Shown in pieces: positions 42,475 through 53,457 of a stretch of 64,000 nt of DNA; position 1 is the stretch's first letter; each line of letters starts with the position of its first letter. This stretch comes from Limosilactobacillus sp. (GTDB taxonomy: Bacteria > Bacillota > Bacilli > Lactobacillales > Lactobacillaceae). The DNA lies in contig NZ_JBJEEL010000010.1 of the NCBI RefSeq assembly GCF_051873035.1, positions 5,129 to 69,128 on the forward strand, written 5' to 3'. The notes beneath the pieces are model-generated. The model did no database searches. It saw only the letters and a program-made list of their open reading frames with translations, and was not told the DNA's origin. A program made the translations under genes and the position numbers.

Positions 42475-43185
42475 TTATTTACCAGCGATCGCCGTTTCCA
42501 GCGAAATGTTAATCATGTCGTTGAACGTCTTTTCACGTTCTTCCGCCGTCGTCTTTTCTTCACCAAAGATCAGGTCACTAACGGTCAACACAGATAGTGC
42601 CCGGAAGTGTAGCTTAGCAGCCAAGAGGTAGAGTCCGGCCGACTCCATTTCCGTCCCTAAAATACCATAGTCACGGAGCTTGGTCATGTCTAACTCATCA
42701 TTGTAGAAACGGTCAGCCGCAAAGATGTCACCAACCTTAGTGTCAATATTGAGCTTTTCAGCAACGTGATAAGCAGTATCGAGCAACTTAAAGTCGGCCA
42801 ACGGTGCGTAATGGAAGCCAGGGCCAAAGGTGTTCATCGTTACTGCCGAGTCGGTAGAAGAACCCTGGGCCAAAATAACGTCACGGAGGTGAACATCAGG
42901 CGCGATTCCACCACAGGAACCAACCCGGATAATGGTTTTAACCCCAAATTCCCGAACTAATTCGTTGATGTAAATGGACATTGATGGGATTCCCATCCCT
43001 GATCCCTGGACTGAGACCCGGTGACCCTTATATTCACCGGTGTAGCCAAAGGCATTCCGGACGGCGTTAACCTGCTTAACATTCTCCAAGAAATTCTCCG
43101 CAATGTACTTTGCCCGTAATGGGTCTCCTGGAAGTAAAACAACGTCTGCGTAATCACCCTTTTGGGCACCAATGTGTGTACTCAT
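42475..43185 (-). CDS. deoD: Purine nucleoside phosphorylase
   Basis: [15 protein letters not shown] and EMESAG motifs. Confidence 0.97.
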   Translation of the reverse strand: MSTHIGAQKGDYADVVLLPGDPLRAKYIAENFLENVKQVNAVRNAFGYTGEYKGHRVSVQGSGMGIPSMSIYINELVREFGVKTIIRVGSCGGIAPDVHLRDVILAQGSSTDSAVTMNTFGPGFHYAPLADFKLLDTAYHVAEKLNIDTKVGDIFAADRFYNDELDMTKLRDYGILGTEMESAGLYLLAAKLHFRALSVLTVSDLIFGEEKTTAEEREKTFNDMINISLETAIAGK

Positions 43186-43203
43186 TTGTTTGTTCCTCCT
43201 TGC

Positions 43204-44502
43204 TTATTCAATAATCTCGTGAATTAATTCCGGCTTTTCATAGTGGTCACTGATGGCAATGCTTTCGTCGAGTAGTTTTTCGACGGCGGGAACCTCTTCC
43301 TGGTTACTGTAAATCGTCAGAAGCGGTTCACCGGCCTTAACGTGATCCCCTAGTTTATGGTGGAGCTCAATACCGACACTGTAGTCGAGCTGGTCATCGG
43401 CCTGTTGGCGGCCACCGCCGAGCAACATACTAGCCGTTCCCACTTCATCGGCCGACAGCCGGCTCAAAATTCCCGACTGCTTAGCCCGGTATGGAAGCTG
43501 GTACTTAGCCTGTGGCATAACCGAGTAGTCGTCAATTACCCGGGGGTCGCCACCCTGGGCAACTACCATCGCCTTGAAGCGGTCGAGGGCCGTCCCGTCG
43601 CTAATTGTCTGCTCCAAAAGCTGGCGACCAGCCGCTGGCGTAGCGGCCTTGCCGCCCATAACAACCATGTAACTCCCTAATGTTAGGACGAGCTCGGTTA
43701 AATCTGCTGGTCCCTTCCCCTTAAGGACATCAATCGATTCTTCAATTTCCAGGGAATTACCGACCTTATTACCAAGTGGTTGGTTCATGTCTGAAATCAC
43801 GGCCATACACTGCAGACCGGCTTGCTTACCGATATTGACAAGGGCGTGCGCAAGGTCTCGTGATTGGTCGAGGGTTTTCATGAAGGCCCCCGCACCAGTT
43901 TTAACATCAATTACCAGCGCATCGGTTCCGGAAGCAATCTTCTTACTCATAATCGAACTAGCAATTAAGGGGATTGAATCCACCGTATCGGTAACATCCC
44001 GGAGACCATAAATCTTCTTATCGGCCGGTGCGACTTCACCAGTTGCCCCCACGATGGCCAGCTTTTCCTTAGCAACCTGGTCGATGAAGTCCTGTTCACT
44101 AATCTCGACTTTAAATCCCGGAATTGCTTCTAGCTTATCCAGCGTGCCGCCAGTATGACCGAGTCCCCGGCCGGAGATCATCGGTACCGGGATCCCGGTG
44201 GCGGCGACCATCGCAGCGAGTGGCAAACTCACCTTGTCACCAACACCACCAGTGGAGTGTTTATCAACCTTAATTCCGGGGATCCGGCTCAGGTCTAAGT
44301 GCTCCCCGGAGTTCATCATCTTCATCGTCAGACTAGTCTGCTCCTGGCTCGTCATCCCTTGAAAGTAAATGGCCATCAGGAGTGCACTAATTTGGTAATC
44401 CGGAATTGAACCATCCACTACCCCATCCACGAAGAATTGGAGTTGGTCATCCGTTAAGGTCTGGCCGTTTCTCTTGGCGTCAATTACGTCCACCATCCGC
44501 AT
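43204..44502 (-). CDS. pdp: Pyrimidine-nucleoside phosphorylase
   Basis: DKHSTGGVGDK, SGRGLGHTGGTLDKLE and SIMSKKIA motifs. Confidence 0.97.
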   Translation of the reverse strand: MRMVDVIDAKRNGQTLTDDQLQFFVDGVVDGSIPDYQISALLMAIYFQGMTSQEQTSLTMKMMNSGEHLDLSRIPGIKVDKHSTGGVGDKVSLPLAAMVAATGIPVPMISGRGLGHTGGTLDKLEAIPGFKVEISEQDFIDQVAKEKLAIVGATGEVAPADKKIYGLRDVTDTVDSIPLIASSIMSKKIASGTDALVIDVKTGAGAFMKTLDQSRDLAHALVNIGKQAGLQCMAVISDMNQPLGNKVGNSLEIEESIDVLKGKGPADLTELVLTLGSYMVVMGGKAATPAAGRQLLEQTISDGTALDRFKAMVVAQGGDPRVIDDYSVMPQAKYQLPYRAKQSGILSRLSADEVGTASMLLGGGRQQADDQLDYSVGIELHHKLGDHVKAGEPLLTIYSNQEEVPAVEKLLDESIAISDHYEKPELIHEIIE

Positions 44503-44525
44503 TGCTAGCGCCCCTTTCCTATTGC

Positions 44526-45719
44526 TTAGTCGTTACTAATCTCTTTGTAGAAGCTGGTTCCCCGAACAGAGTCCACGTTAAAGTTCTCCAAAATCGTTGC
44601 TCCTAGGTCGGAGAAGGTCTTCCGCAGTCCCAGCGACTGGTTAGACTTGTTCATCGATGGGGAGTAAACCAGCAATGGCACATTTTCACGGGTGTGGTCG
44701 GTCCCGCGGAAGCCAGGGTCATTACCGTGGTCCGCCGTGATCATCAATAGGTCATCCGGCTTCATTTCCTTTAGAACCGTCCCGAGCCGCTTATCAAAGT
44801 CCATCAGTGCTTGACCAAAGCCCTTTGGATTACGACGGTGGCCATACATGGCATCGAAGTCTACGAGGTTGGTGAAGCAGAAGCCGTTAAAGTCTTGCTT
44901 CATCACCTCATCGACGTGGTCCATCCCGTCCATGTTGCTCTCGTTGTGGTAGCCCTTGTCAATTCCTTGGCCAGAGAAGATGTCATTGATCTTACCAACC
45001 CCGATCACGTCATAGCCGGCCTCACGGAGCCGATCCATGTCGGTCTTGCCAATTGGCTTTAGGCTAAAGTCGTGCCGGTTCGCAGTCCGGGTAAAGTGGT
45101 CTTTGTCTGGACCCACGTATGGCCGGGCAATGATCCGTCCAACGGTGTATTCTGGTCCGTTTACCAGGGTTCGGGCGTACTCACAAATCTTGTAAAGTTC
45201 CTTAACCGGGATAACATCCTCATGTGCGGCAATTTGCATTACGGAGTCCCCAGATGTGTAGAGGATTAACTCCCCGGTCTTCATCTGCCGTTCACCATAG
45301 TCATGGATAACTTCCGTTCCGGAGTAAGGCTTGTTAACAATCACCTTGCGGCCGGAGAACTTTTCAAGCTTATCAACGATTTCTTGTGGGAAACCATTTG
45401 GGAAGGTGGAAAGTGGCTTGGTAACCGGCAGCCCCATCATTTCCCAGTGACCGTCCATACTGTCCTTACCAGCGGAAATTTCTTCCATCTTACCATAGTC
45501 ACCAATGGCTGGATCAGCAACGGGTACTCCTTCGATCGGTGTCTCCCGGAGGTTGCTAATACCCATCTTACCCAGATTTGGTAACTTTAATTGGCCCTTG
45601 TAGTATTCACCAACGTGGCCTAAAGTATCAGAACCAACGTCATCAAACTTGTCAGCGTCATGAGCAGCACCAGTACCAACTGAATCCATTACAATTACAA
45701 ATACACGTTTATATGACAT
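44526..45719 (-). CDS. deoB: Phosphopentomutase
   Basis: VMDSVG, GKDS..GHWE, NLVDFD..YGHRR and TADHGNDP motifs. Confidence 0.97.
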   Translation of the reverse strand: MSYKRVFVIVMDSVGTGAAHDADKFDDVGSDTLGHVGEYYKGQLKLPNLGKMGISNLRETPIEGVPVADPAIGDYGKMEEISAGKDSMDGHWEMMGLPVTKPLSTFPNGFPQEIVDKLEKFSGRKVIVNKPYSGTEVIHDYGERQMKTGELILYTSGDSVMQIAAHEDVIPVKELYKICEYARTLVNGPEYTVGRIIARPYVGPDKDHFTRTANRHDFSLKPIGKTDMDRLREAGYDVIGVGKINDIFSGQGIDKGYHNESNMDGMDHVDEVMKQDFNGFCFTNLVDFDAMYGHRRNPKGFGQALMDFDKRLGTVLKEMKPDDLLMITADHGNDPGFRGTDHTRENVPLLVYSPSMNKSNQSLGLRKTFSDLGATILENFNVDSVRGTSFYKEISND

Positions 45720-45757
45720 CTTGACCCCTCCAATGTGTTAGCTAAAAGTGAATAAAC

Positions 45758-46435
45758 CTAGTCCTGTTGTGCAGCTTCTTCCAAGATCTTAACGGAAGCC
45801 GAGACACCCAAGCGGTTAGCGCCGGCTTCGATCATGTCATAGGCCTCTTGAAGACTGTGGATACCACCAGCAGCCTTAATCTTAAAGTCAGGGCCAACCG
45901 CTTGCCGCATCAACTTCACATCTTCAACCTTGGCACCAGAAGTTGAGAAGCCGGTGGAGGTCTTAACGAAGTCGGCACCACCCTTAACCGTCAGCTTTGA
46001 AGCCCGGGCCTTTTCTTCATCCGTCAACAGGCAGTTTTCGATAATTACCTTCAAGAGCTTGCCCTTTTCGTGGGTTGCTTCGGCCACGGCCCGAATATCA
46101 TCTTCAACGGCCTGGTTGTTGCCGCCCTTTAATTCACCAATGTTGATGACCATATCAATTTCATCGGCACCATCTTCGATCGCCTGCTTCGTCTCGAAAA
46201 CCTTGCTGGCGGTTGAAGTTGCCCCAAGAGGGAAGCCAATCACGGTACAAGTATTAATGTCTGTCCCCGCTAGCCCTTCGTGAACTCGCTTAACCCAGTA
46301 AGGATTGATACATACCGAGGCAGTGTTGTATTTCCGTGCTTCCGCGATCGTCTTATCGATCATCTCAGCAGTCGCTTCTGGCTTGAGCATCGTGTGGTCC
46401 ATGTACTTAGCTAATTGTGCTTGTGTCAACTTCAT
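45758..46435 (-). CDS. deoC: Deoxyribose-phosphate aldolase
   Basis: [22 protein letters not shown] and KAAGGI motifs. Confidence 0.97.
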   Translation of the reverse strand: MKLTQAQLAKYMDHTMLKPEATAEMIDKTIAEARKYNTASVCINPYWVKRVHEGLAGTDINTCTVIGFPLGATSTASKVFETKQAIEDGADEIDMVINIGELKGGNNQAVEDDIRAVAEATHEKGKLLKVIIENCLLTDEEKARASKLTVKGGADFVKTSTGFSTSGAKVEDVKLMRQAVGPDFKIKAAGGIHSLQEAYDMIEAGANRLGVSASVKILEEAAQQD

Positions 46436-46457
46436 AATTGAATCTCCTTTTTGTTAG

Positions 46458-46471
46458 TGAATCCGCTTTCA
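46458..46471. promoter_or_regulatory. cre site upstream of deoC
   Basis: TGAAAGCGGATTCA on the minus strand. Confidence 0.6.
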
Positions 46472-46546
46472 TCAAACTACGTGTATAGTTTAACAATCTT
46501 TTGAACGAATGTCCACATTTTTCTAGAACATTTTTTCAGACTTTAA

Positions 46547-46561
46547 AAACGTTTTACTATT
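46547..46561. promoter_or_regulatory. LacI-family operator-like site upstream of deoC
   Basis: AAACGTTTTACTATT, identical to 54885-54899 upstream of nupC. Confidence 0.5.
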
Positions 46562-46600
46562 AAGCAAGGCTAACCAGTAAGAATTTGGTTTAAAAATAAA

Positions 46601-46741
46601 AAGGGGGACGTGACATCAGTCCCTCTGTATAGATCAAAAGCGAACAGCGCGGTACACAAATAGAGGTCCAGAGCCCGGTAAAACCGAACTCTGGACCTCT
46701 GTTTATACTCGCGGGAGCAGAACTACGAGCCTAGCCCCCTT
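46601..46741. repeat. MITE/REP-like dispersed element, copy C
   Basis: GGGACGTGACAT.AGTCCCTCTGTATAGATCAAAAGCGAACA.CGCGGTACACAAAT.GAGGTCCAGAG... near-identical to copy A, with a different right end. Confidence 0.8.
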
Positions 46742-46752
46742 AATTATTTAAT

Positions 46753-47535
46753 TTAACGCCGCCGCCGACGGTTGTTACCCCCATAGACACCAGCAACATG
46801 ATAGCGATTACGGAAGTACATATCACCACCAAAGGCAACTAGACCAAAGACAATGTAAACCCAAGCATTCAACCGTGGGTTAATTACATTTGGCAGCCAG
46901 CTGGCCATCATGTAAATTCCTAGCCAGACAACTAAACCGATAACCAAGATTAAGATCCGCATTGCCAGTGGCCGGGCCTTTTTCTTATTAACCGGTTGAA
47001 TTTGGAGCATGATGTAGCTAAACAATACCCCACCGATAAGTGCCACTAAAACAATGGCCGTAATACCAGAACTCCCATACTGCTTGGTCTTCAAAATTTC
47101 TGGTGAGAGCAGGAACATAATCCCGTACATGAAGGTGAAAATACTGAAGAAGATCAGACTATTATCCACCGTTAGTAACTTCATTGACCGCTGGGCCGTG
47201 GCTGACTCAGTTGGTTTAGGATTCTTCAATTCCTTGGCGTACTCGGTCGGGGTGCCAAATAACCCCTTGGCCGTTTGCCCCTTCTTCTGGCCGGCTAACA
47301 GCTTATCAATGGTTTCCTTAATCATCGCCGGCTGCTTATCCTTAGCAACCCCCTGCCGGTCCAACTGCTTATTTAGTTGGTAAACAAACTCTTCGTTTTT
47401 CCGGGTTAAACCATAGTTAGAAAAAGCACTTCCCTTTTCCTGGCGCTGTTCTTTTTCGTGCTGTTTTTGCCGTTGACCAGCCTGTGCGTTACGTGGTTGT
47501 TCTTCACTCAATGTGAAACTCCTCTCTTCGCTCAC
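46753..47535 (-). CDS. DUF1129 family membrane protein
   Basis: LTRKNEEF..QL and Q.KG.TAK.LFGTP motifs with C-terminal TM helices; conserved position after ychF. Confidence 0.85.
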   Translation of the reverse strand: MSEERSFTLSEEQPRNAQAGQRQKQHEKEQRQEKGSAFSNYGLTRKNEEFVYQLNKQLDRQGVAKDKQPAMIKETIDKLLAGQKKGQTAKGLFGTPTEYAKELKNPKPTESATAQRSMKLLTVDNSLIFFSIFTFMYGIMFLLSPEILKTKQYGSSGITAIVLVALIGGVLFSYIMLQIQPVNKKKARPLAMRILILVIGLVVWLGIYMMASWLPNVINPRLNAWVYIVFGLVAFGGDMYFRNRYHVAGVYGGNNRRRRR

Positions 47536-47540
47536 TGCGG

Positions 47541-48638
47541 TTAGACATTGAAGCGGAATTCAACAATGTCGCCATCTTGCATTACGTAGTCCTTACCTTC
47601 CAGACGGAGCTTACCAGCTTCCTTAACGGCCGCTTCGGAGCCCAGCTTATCGAGGTCTTCAAAGCTCATTACCTCAGCCCGGATAAAGCCCCGTTCGAAG
47701 TCAGAGTGGATAATTCCGGCTGCTTGGGGCGCCTTAGTTCCCTTCCGGTAGGTCCAAGCCCGCGTTTCCGGACCACCAGCAGTAAAGAAGGTTTCTAGAC
47801 CCAGTAACTTGTAGGCCGCGCGAATCAGACGGTTTAACCCTGGTTCCTTTACGCCTTCCATTTCCAAGAAGTCGGCCTTGTCAGCGTCATCCATTTCAGC
47901 AATTTGTTCTTCGGCAGCAGCAGCAACACCGATTACTTCACCATCGCCCTTAACGTGTTCCTTAATCGCATCCATGTACTTGTTGCCGTCTGGGTCGGCC
48001 ATGTCATCTTCCGCGATGTTGGCAACGTACAGAACCGGCTTACTAGTTAGCAGGAAGAGCCCCTTAACAATCTTCTTTTCATCGTCGCTAAAGTCAATTG
48101 ACCGGACACTCTTACCATCTTCAAGAACTGGCTTAATCTTGTTTAATACGGCAAGTTCGGCCAGGGCATCCTTATCACGGCCCTTAGCTGCCCGTTGAAC
48201 CTTAGATAACCGCTTATTAACTGCGTCGAGGTCGGCCATTACCAATTCTAGATTAATGGTGTCGATATCTTCAATTGGGTCCACCTTACCGGAAACACTG
48301 GTGATGTCGTCATCATCAAAGGCCCGGACCACGTGTACAATGGCATCCGTTTGCCGAATGTTTTCCAAGAATTTATTACCAAGTCCTTCACCCTTGCTGG
48401 CACCCTTAACGATCCCAGCGATATCAGTAAATTCAAAGGTCGTTGGGACGATCTTCTTGGCCGGAATTAATTCTTGAATCCGGTCCAACCGTTTGTCCGG
48501 CACTTCAACCATTCCGACGTTAGGGTCAATTGTGGCAAATGGGTAGTTAGCCATTTCGGCCCCCGCCTTAGTAATCGCGTTAAACAACGTTGACTTACCA
48601 ACGTTTGGTAAACCAACAATTCCTGCAGTTAATGACAT
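47541..48638 (-). CDS. ychF: Redox-regulated ATPase YchF
   Basis: [35 protein letters not shown] and EGKDY motifs. Confidence 0.98.
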   Translation of the reverse strand: MSLTAGIVGLPNVGKSTLFNAITKAGAEMANYPFATIDPNVGMVEVPDKRLDRIQELIPAKKIVPTTFEFTDIAGIVKGASKGEGLGNKFLENIRQTDAIVHVVRAFDDDDITSVSGKVDPIEDIDTINLELVMADLDAVNKRLSKVQRAAKGRDKDALAELAVLNKIKPVLEDGKSVRSIDFSDDEKKIVKGLFLLTSKPVLYVANIAEDDMADPDGNKYMDAIKEHVKGDGEVIGVAAAAEEQIAEMDDADKADFLEMEGVKEPGLNRLIRAAYKLLGLETFFTAGGPETRAWTYRKGTKAPQAAGIIHSDFERGFIRAEVMSFEDLDKLGSEAAVKEAGKLRLEGKDYVMQDGDIVEFRFNV

Positions 48639-48691
48639 GAGTTTTTCACTTTCCTTTTTTAAATTTTATAAAAATAACGAACAACTAATTA

Positions 48692-48889
48692 TTAGTTTTC
48701 CGTGGGCCCTTTTTCAAGGACTTTCTTAAATCCCTTATCAAACTTTTGCCGAGTCATCATCACGACGTGGCCACAACCCTGGCATTGGATCTTAATATCG
48801 GCACCAACTCGGGTAATTAGCCAGCGGTTCGTACCACATGGATGGGCCTTTTTCATCAATACCACATCACCTTTGTCGTAAGCTGCCAT
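48692..48889 (-). CDS. DUF951 family protein
   Basis: MKKAHPCG..W...RVGADIK..C.GC motif. Confidence 0.92.
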   Translation of the reverse strand: MAAYDKGDVVLMKKAHPCGTNRWLITRVGADIKIQCQGCGHVVMMTRQKFDKGFKKVLEKGPTEN

Positions 48890-48900
48890 CGTGTTTCCTC

Positions 48901-49788
48901 CTAATCTAATGTAATGTTTAACAGTTCTAAAATCCGCGTCAAGTCTTCATTAGACGTGTACGGGATTTCAATCTTCCCGGCACCGCGTTTGCGACTTTGG
49001 GCCACTGCCACCTTGGTCCCAAATTTACTCTGCAACTGGGCCTCCGCTTCTCGAATATACACCGGCTTGCGGGTGCCCTTCCGAGCGGCCTTCTTCTTGG
49101 CCGTTCCGTTCATCCGGGCAACCACGTCCTCTAGCTGACGAACGGTCAGGTTATCGGCCATTGCTCGTTTAGCCAGGGCCACCAGCTTTTTCTTATCCTT
49201 TAGGCCCAGAATCGTTCGTGCCTGCCCCATTGACAGCCGGCCGTCATTTAAAGCTTCCTTAATTAACTTTGGCAGCCCCAGTAGACGGAGGTAGTTAGCA
49301 ATGTACGGACGACTCTTTCCTAAGCGTCTAGCAACTTGGGCCTGGGTAAGGGACAACTTATCCATTAAGGTCTGGTAAGCCTGGGCCTCTTCTAGTGGCG
49401 TCAAATCCTCCCGTTGGAGGTTTTCTAAAACTGCCACTTCCATCATTTGTTCGTCACTCATGTTACGGACAATTGCTGGAATCGTCGTCTGCTTAGCCAA
49501 TTTGGAAGCGCGGAACCGCCGTTCACCGGCAATTAGCTCGTAGCGTTCAACTGCCGGGTCGGGTTGCCGTAAAATAATCGGCTGGAAAACCCCACTTTCT
49601 TCAATGGACTTCGCTAACTCTTGTAATGCTGCCCGATCAAAGGTCCGGCGCGGCTGGTAAGGATTAGGCCGGATAAGCGTTAGCTTAATATCTTGAACCG
49701 TTTCACCAGCGGCTGGTTCTGCAATCGTGTTTTCTTCAAACAAGGCCTCGATTCCCCGACCGAGGCCGCCCTTTTTACGCCTTGCCAT
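48901..49788 (-). CDS. parB: Chromosome partitioning protein ParB/Spo0J
   Basis: GLGRGI.ALF, PNPYQPR, AGERRFRA and ENLQREDL motifs. Confidence 0.96.
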   Translation of the reverse strand: MARRKKGGLGRGIEALFEENTIAEPAAGETVQDIKLTLIRPNPYQPRRTFDRAALQELAKSIEESGVFQPIILRQPDPAVERYELIAGERRFRASKLAKQTTIPAIVRNMSDEQMMEVAVLENLQREDLTPLEEAQAYQTLMDKLSLTQAQVARRLGKSRPYIANYLRLLGLPKLIKEALNDGRLSMGQARTILGLKDKKKLVALAKRAMADNLTVRQLEDVVARMNGTAKKKAARKGTRKPVYIREAEAQLQSKFGTKVAVAQSRKRGAGKIEIPYTSNEDLTRILELLNITLD

Positions 49789-50545
49789 TATTAGCCAACA
49801 CTTCCTTTGCTAATTCCTTGTATACGCGTGCACCGGTCGACCGCTTGTCGTAGTCGATGATTGCCAGCCCATGACTTGGGGCCTCCGAAAGCCGGACGTT
49901 ACGGGGAATTACCGTCTTATAAATTTGATCCCCGAAGAACTTTTTAACCTCAGCATTGACCTGCTGACCCAAGTTGGTCCGCTTATCATACATTGTTAAA
50001 AGTACCCCTTCGATCCGTAATTCGGGATTAAAGTGCCGTTGAACCAACTTAATGGTGTTAATCAGCTGGCTCAACCCTTCCAAAGCATAGTATTCACTCT
50101 GGACAGGAATGAGGATCGAATCACAGGCAGTAAAGGCGTTAATTGTCAACAAGCCCAGCGAGGGTGGACAGTCAATCAGGATAAAGTCGTACTGCTTCCT
50201 AACATCACCAAAGGCATCCTTGAGCCGCGTCTCCCGGGCCATCAGGTTTGTCAACTCAACTTCTGCTCCCGAAAGGGCAATCGTGGTCGGCGCAATATCC
50301 AGGCCGGGATGGCTGGAATGACGAATGACGTTGGCCAACGGCTCATCATTAATTAAAACGTCATAAACACTCTTTTCAATCTCACGCTTTTCAACCCCTA
50401 ACCCGCTCGTGGCATTACCTTGCGGGTCAAGATCAATTAAGAGCACGTGCTGGCCCTGGTCAGCTAGGCAGGCCCCCAGGTTAACGCTGGTCGTCGTCTT
50501 ACCGACCCCACCTTTTTGGTTAGCTAATGCAATTACTGAACCCAT
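49775..50545 (-). CDS. parA: ParA/Soj ATPase
   Basis: NQKGGVGKTT, DLDPQGNAT, DCPPSLG and IPRNVRLSEAPS motifs. Confidence 0.97.
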   Translation of the reverse strand: MGSVIALANQKGGVGKTTTSVNLGACLADQGQHVLLIDLDPQGNATSGLGVEKREIEKSVYDVLINDEPLANVIRHSSHPGLDIAPTTIALSGAEVELTNLMARETRLKDAFGDVRKQYDFILIDCPPSLGLLTINAFTACDSILIPVQSEYYALEGLSQLINTIKLVQRHFNPELRIEGVLLTMYDKRTNLGQQVNAEVKKFFGDQIYKTVIPRNVRLSEAPSHGLAIIDYDKRSTGARVYKELAKEVLANNGKA

Positions 50546-50556
50546 TAATCTGCCTC

Positions 50557-51507
50557 CTACTGTTTCTTCGGAATCTCAATTACTAGTTGGTAAACCTGGT
50601 CATCATCTTTTTCCGTCGTCGTCACGGTAAAGCCGCTATCGGTTGCCATCTTAATCGACTTCTTAATCGTGTTCAACGCTAACCGGGCATCGTTAATTTG
50701 CTTAGCCGGTTTGGCCTTGGTCCGCCGTTTTTTCTTACCCTTAGGGGCCTTTGCCGGGGAAGTCGGTTGCACTGAGGTGGCCATTTCAGCTTCCGGCGCC
50801 ATTTCAGCCAATTCCCGTTTCCGGGCAGCCGCCTTTTGCTTGGCCACTTCTGACGGTAGGGGCCGCCCCAATTCACGTGCGACCTCATCTTCCGTTTGCC
50901 GGACCGTCAGCCGGTTATTAACTACCTTCATTAGCATATCCCGCTGCTGCTTTTCATCGAGGTCCAACATGGCCCGTCCATGCCGTTCCGAAATCCGGTG
51001 GTCAAGGATGGCCGTTTGCACCGGCTTGATGAGCTTTAAAAGCCGTAGCTTATTAGCGACAAAGGACTGGCTCTTACCCATGCCCTTAGCCAGGGCGGCC
51101 TGGGTTAAGTGGTTTAAGTCCATTAACCGCCGGTAAGCCTGCGCCTCTTCTACTGAACTCAGCTGCGAACGCTGTAGGTTTTCAACCAGGGCCAAAGAAG
51201 CCGCCTCGTGATCACTCATCTTTTCAATAATCGCCGGTGCCGTCTCCCATTGCAGTAACTTCATTGCCCGAAAGCGGCGCTCACCAGCAATAATTTCGTA
51301 CTTGGCCGGCTCGTATTGACGTAACACAATTGGTTGAAGCAGACCATGCTCATCAATTGTTTGGGCTAACTCCTGGATACCTTCGCGGTCAAAAACCTGA
51401 CGGGGCTGGTAGCGGTTGGGCACGATCTGGTCGAGCTTAACATCAACTACCTTTTGTTTGGCATTATTGTTATCGCTTTTGCCAAAGTTAAATAATGAAA
51501 AGGCCAT
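50557..51507 (-). CDS. noc: Nucleoid occlusion protein (ParB paralogue)
   Basis: ParB fold with an N-terminal amphipathic peptide MAFSLFNFGK; located between rsmG and parA. Confidence 0.85.
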   Translation of the reverse strand: MAFSLFNFGKSDNNNAKQKVVDVKLDQIVPNRYQPRQVFDREGIQELAQTIDEHGLLQPIVLRQYEPAKYEIIAGERRFRAMKLLQWETAPAIIEKMSDHEAASLALVENLQRSQLSSVEEAQAYRRLMDLNHLTQAALAKGMGKSQSFVANKLRLLKLIKPVQTAILDHRISERHGRAMLDLDEKQQRDMLMKVVNNRLTVRQTEDEVARELGRPLPSEVAKQKAAARKRELAEMAPEAEMATSVQPTSPAKAPKGKKKRRTKAKPAKQINDARLALNTIKKSIKMATDSGFTVTTTEKDDDQVYQLVIEIPKKQ

Positions 51508-51523
51508 TGTTTATCCTCCTCTC

Positions 51524-52249
51524 TTATTGTAACGGCTTTTTATTCGGTAATCCCGGCCGCCGGGGATACTTCTTAGGGGTCGTCGTTACCTTATCAATTA
51601 TTACTATTTTACGCTGTTCATCCGTTCCTGGCAGGGTTAACGCCAGTTCCTTTTGAACCTGACCGCCCAGTTTATTAATTGCCCCCTGAGCCGCAGCCAA
51701 TTCTTCATCTGCGGCGCTCGCCTTATAAGCAATTAGTTCACCGCCAACCTTGGCCGCTGGTAAGCATAATTCACTCAAGACGCTCAACCGGGCTACTGCC
51801 CGCGCAGTTACCAGGTCATACTGTTCCCGGTGGGCTGACTGCTTAGCAGAAAAGGTCTCTGCCCGGTCATGGACTAAGGTAACCCCCGTTAGACCCAGCT
51901 TAGCTACCAATTCCTGTAAGAAGTTAATCCGTTTGTTCAAGGAATCAACAATGGTCACCTTCAACTGTGGGAAGGCAATCTTGAGGGGGAGCGATGGGAA
52001 CCCGGCTCCCGCACCAATATCACACAATGTTAAGGGTTCATTTTGGAGGCGTGGTTCGGCGAATGCCCCCGTCAGTGAATCATAAAAATGTTTGAGGTAA
52101 ACATCATTTTCGGCCGTAATTCGGGTTAAGTTGACCCGCTGATTAGCCGCTACCAATAGGTGATAGTAGTCAGCAAATTGAGCCATTTGATGATCAGTTA
52201 GGTCAATCCCGTGGTCAGCCAGTATTTGTTGAAATTGTTCTGGGTTCAT
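51524..52249 (-). CDS. rsmG: 16S rRNA m7G527 methyltransferase
   Basis: [19 protein letters not shown] and ARAVA motifs; ATG 52249 behind AGGAGT. Confidence 0.97.
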   Translation of the reverse strand: MNPEQFQQILADHGIDLTDHQMAQFADYYHLLVAANQRVNLTRITAENDVYLKHFYDSLTGAFAEPRLQNEPLTLCDIGAGAGFPSLPLKIAFPQLKVTIVDSLNKRINFLQELVAKLGLTGVTLVHDRAETFSAKQSAHREQYDLVTARAVARLSVLSELCLPAAKVGGELIAYKASAADEELAAAQGAINKLGGQVQKELALTLPGTDEQRKIVIIDKVTTTPKKYPRRPGLPNKKPLQ

Positions 52250-52353
52250 TAAATAAGTACTCCTTTTCGTGAAACATTTATGTTTCACGTACTCTTATAC
52301 TGTAACCTAAATTGGTCGCCCTTTCAACTAACTGGACCCACGAATTAAGAATA

Positions 52354-52367
52354 ATTTCCCGGGAAAT
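52354..52367. promoter_or_regulatory. Noc-binding site (NBS)
   Basis: ATTTCCCGGGAAAT, a perfect match to the B. subtilis NBS palindrome. Confidence 0.7.
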
Positions 52368-52408
52368 TAACCCGCTTCAGCGTAAGCACTATTTCCCTTT
52401 AAAACCAA

Positions 52409-52446
52409 AACGGGCGGACGGTAAAGTAACTTACCGTCCGCCCGTT
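52409..52446 (-). terminator. Terminator after rihC
   Basis: AACGGGCGGACGGTAA...TTACCGTCCGCCCGTT inverted repeat. Confidence 0.75.
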
Positions 52447-52466
52447 ATCTCAGTGCCAAATTAGTT

Positions 52467-53375
52467 CTACTTCATCTTGCTAACTTCGTCTAGGAACCAC
52501 TGGTTGAAGTAGTCGGCATCAATATCTAGGCAAACCTCGGCATTCGTCTTACCGTCATGGTAAGCGCCACGAATGTCAGCCACCGTTGCTCCAATTGCTG
52601 GGCCATCAGTTTGAACATCAACCCACATCTTCTTGGTGGTAAATGCTTCGGGGTGAAGTAGGTAGAAGATGGTGTTAACGTCGTGCATTGGCCGACCTTC
52701 ATCAGTCCCGTCATTGTAGTGGGTAATCAAGGCATGGAGCATTTCACCAGTCTTGTTCATCTTACCCAACTTTTCAATGGTGCCCTTAGTTAAGAGGGCC
52801 TTCAAGGTAACATCCAGACCAACCATCACAATCGGAATACCGGCATTGTACATAATCCGGGCTGCGTCTGGGTCAGTGAAGACGTTAAATTCAGCGGCAC
52901 TAGTCATGTTACCACCAGAAACGGAACCACCCATGGCAACGATCCGCTTGATGTGGCTCTTTACTTCTGGGTATTCACTGAAGAGCAATGCGATGTTGGT
53001 GTAAGAACCAGTTGGTACCAGGGTAACCTCATCTTCAGCCATGATGGCGTCATGAAGTGCCTCAACCGCAGTCTTGTTAATCGGCTTACCGTAGTCTTCA
53101 CCGAAGTCGTAGCCAGGCATCCCAGATTCACCGTGGATCCGGGCCGCATCTTCAAACGGCTTGATCAGTGGTTGTTCAGCCCCGGCTGCCACCGGAATAT
53201 CCTTACCAAAGAAGTGAACGATCTTTAGCGCGTTGGCAGTCGTCTTATCAACAGTTACGTTACCAGCAACGGCGGTAACCAACTTCAGGTCAATTGATGG
53301 GTCGTTAATCGCCATCGTTAAAGCTGCAGCGTCATCAATTCCGGGATCAGTATCCATAATAATTTTAGTAGTCAT
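52467..53375 (-). CDS. rihC: Ribonucleoside hydrolase
   Basis: DTDPGIDD, IHGESG, AEFN..DP and MHD motifs. Confidence 0.93.
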   Translation of the reverse strand: MTTKIIMDTDPGIDDAAALTMAINDPSIDLKLVTAVAGNVTVDKTTANALKIVHFFGKDIPVAAGAEQPLIKPFEDAARIHGESGMPGYDFGEDYGKPINKTAVEALHDAIMAEDEVTLVPTGSYTNIALLFSEYPEVKSHIKRIVAMGGSVSGGNMTSAAEFNVFTDPDAARIMYNAGIPIVMVGLDVTLKALLTKGTIEKLGKMNKTGEMLHALITHYNDGTDEGRPMHDVNTIFYLLHPEAFTTKKMWVDVQTDGPAIGATVADIRGAYHDGKTNAEVCLDIDADYFNQWFLDEVSKMK

Positions 53376-53457
53376 ATCTATTTTCTCCTAATTTTTAGGT
53401 TGCAAGCGTTTTCGAAACAAGGGTTAAAAAAAGCAGCCCGGAAGCTGCTTTTTAGTT

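Noticed and set aside
46499-46509. TTTTGAACGAA shared between the deoC promoter and the 5' part of the candidate RNA (55351-55341)
   Set aside because: An 11-bp AT-rich match is too weak to claim a shared DeoR or PurR site.
50557-51507. Second parB as a sign of plasmid or ICE integration
   Set aside because: The position in rsmG-noc-parA-parB and the amphipathic N-terminus fit chromosomal Noc.
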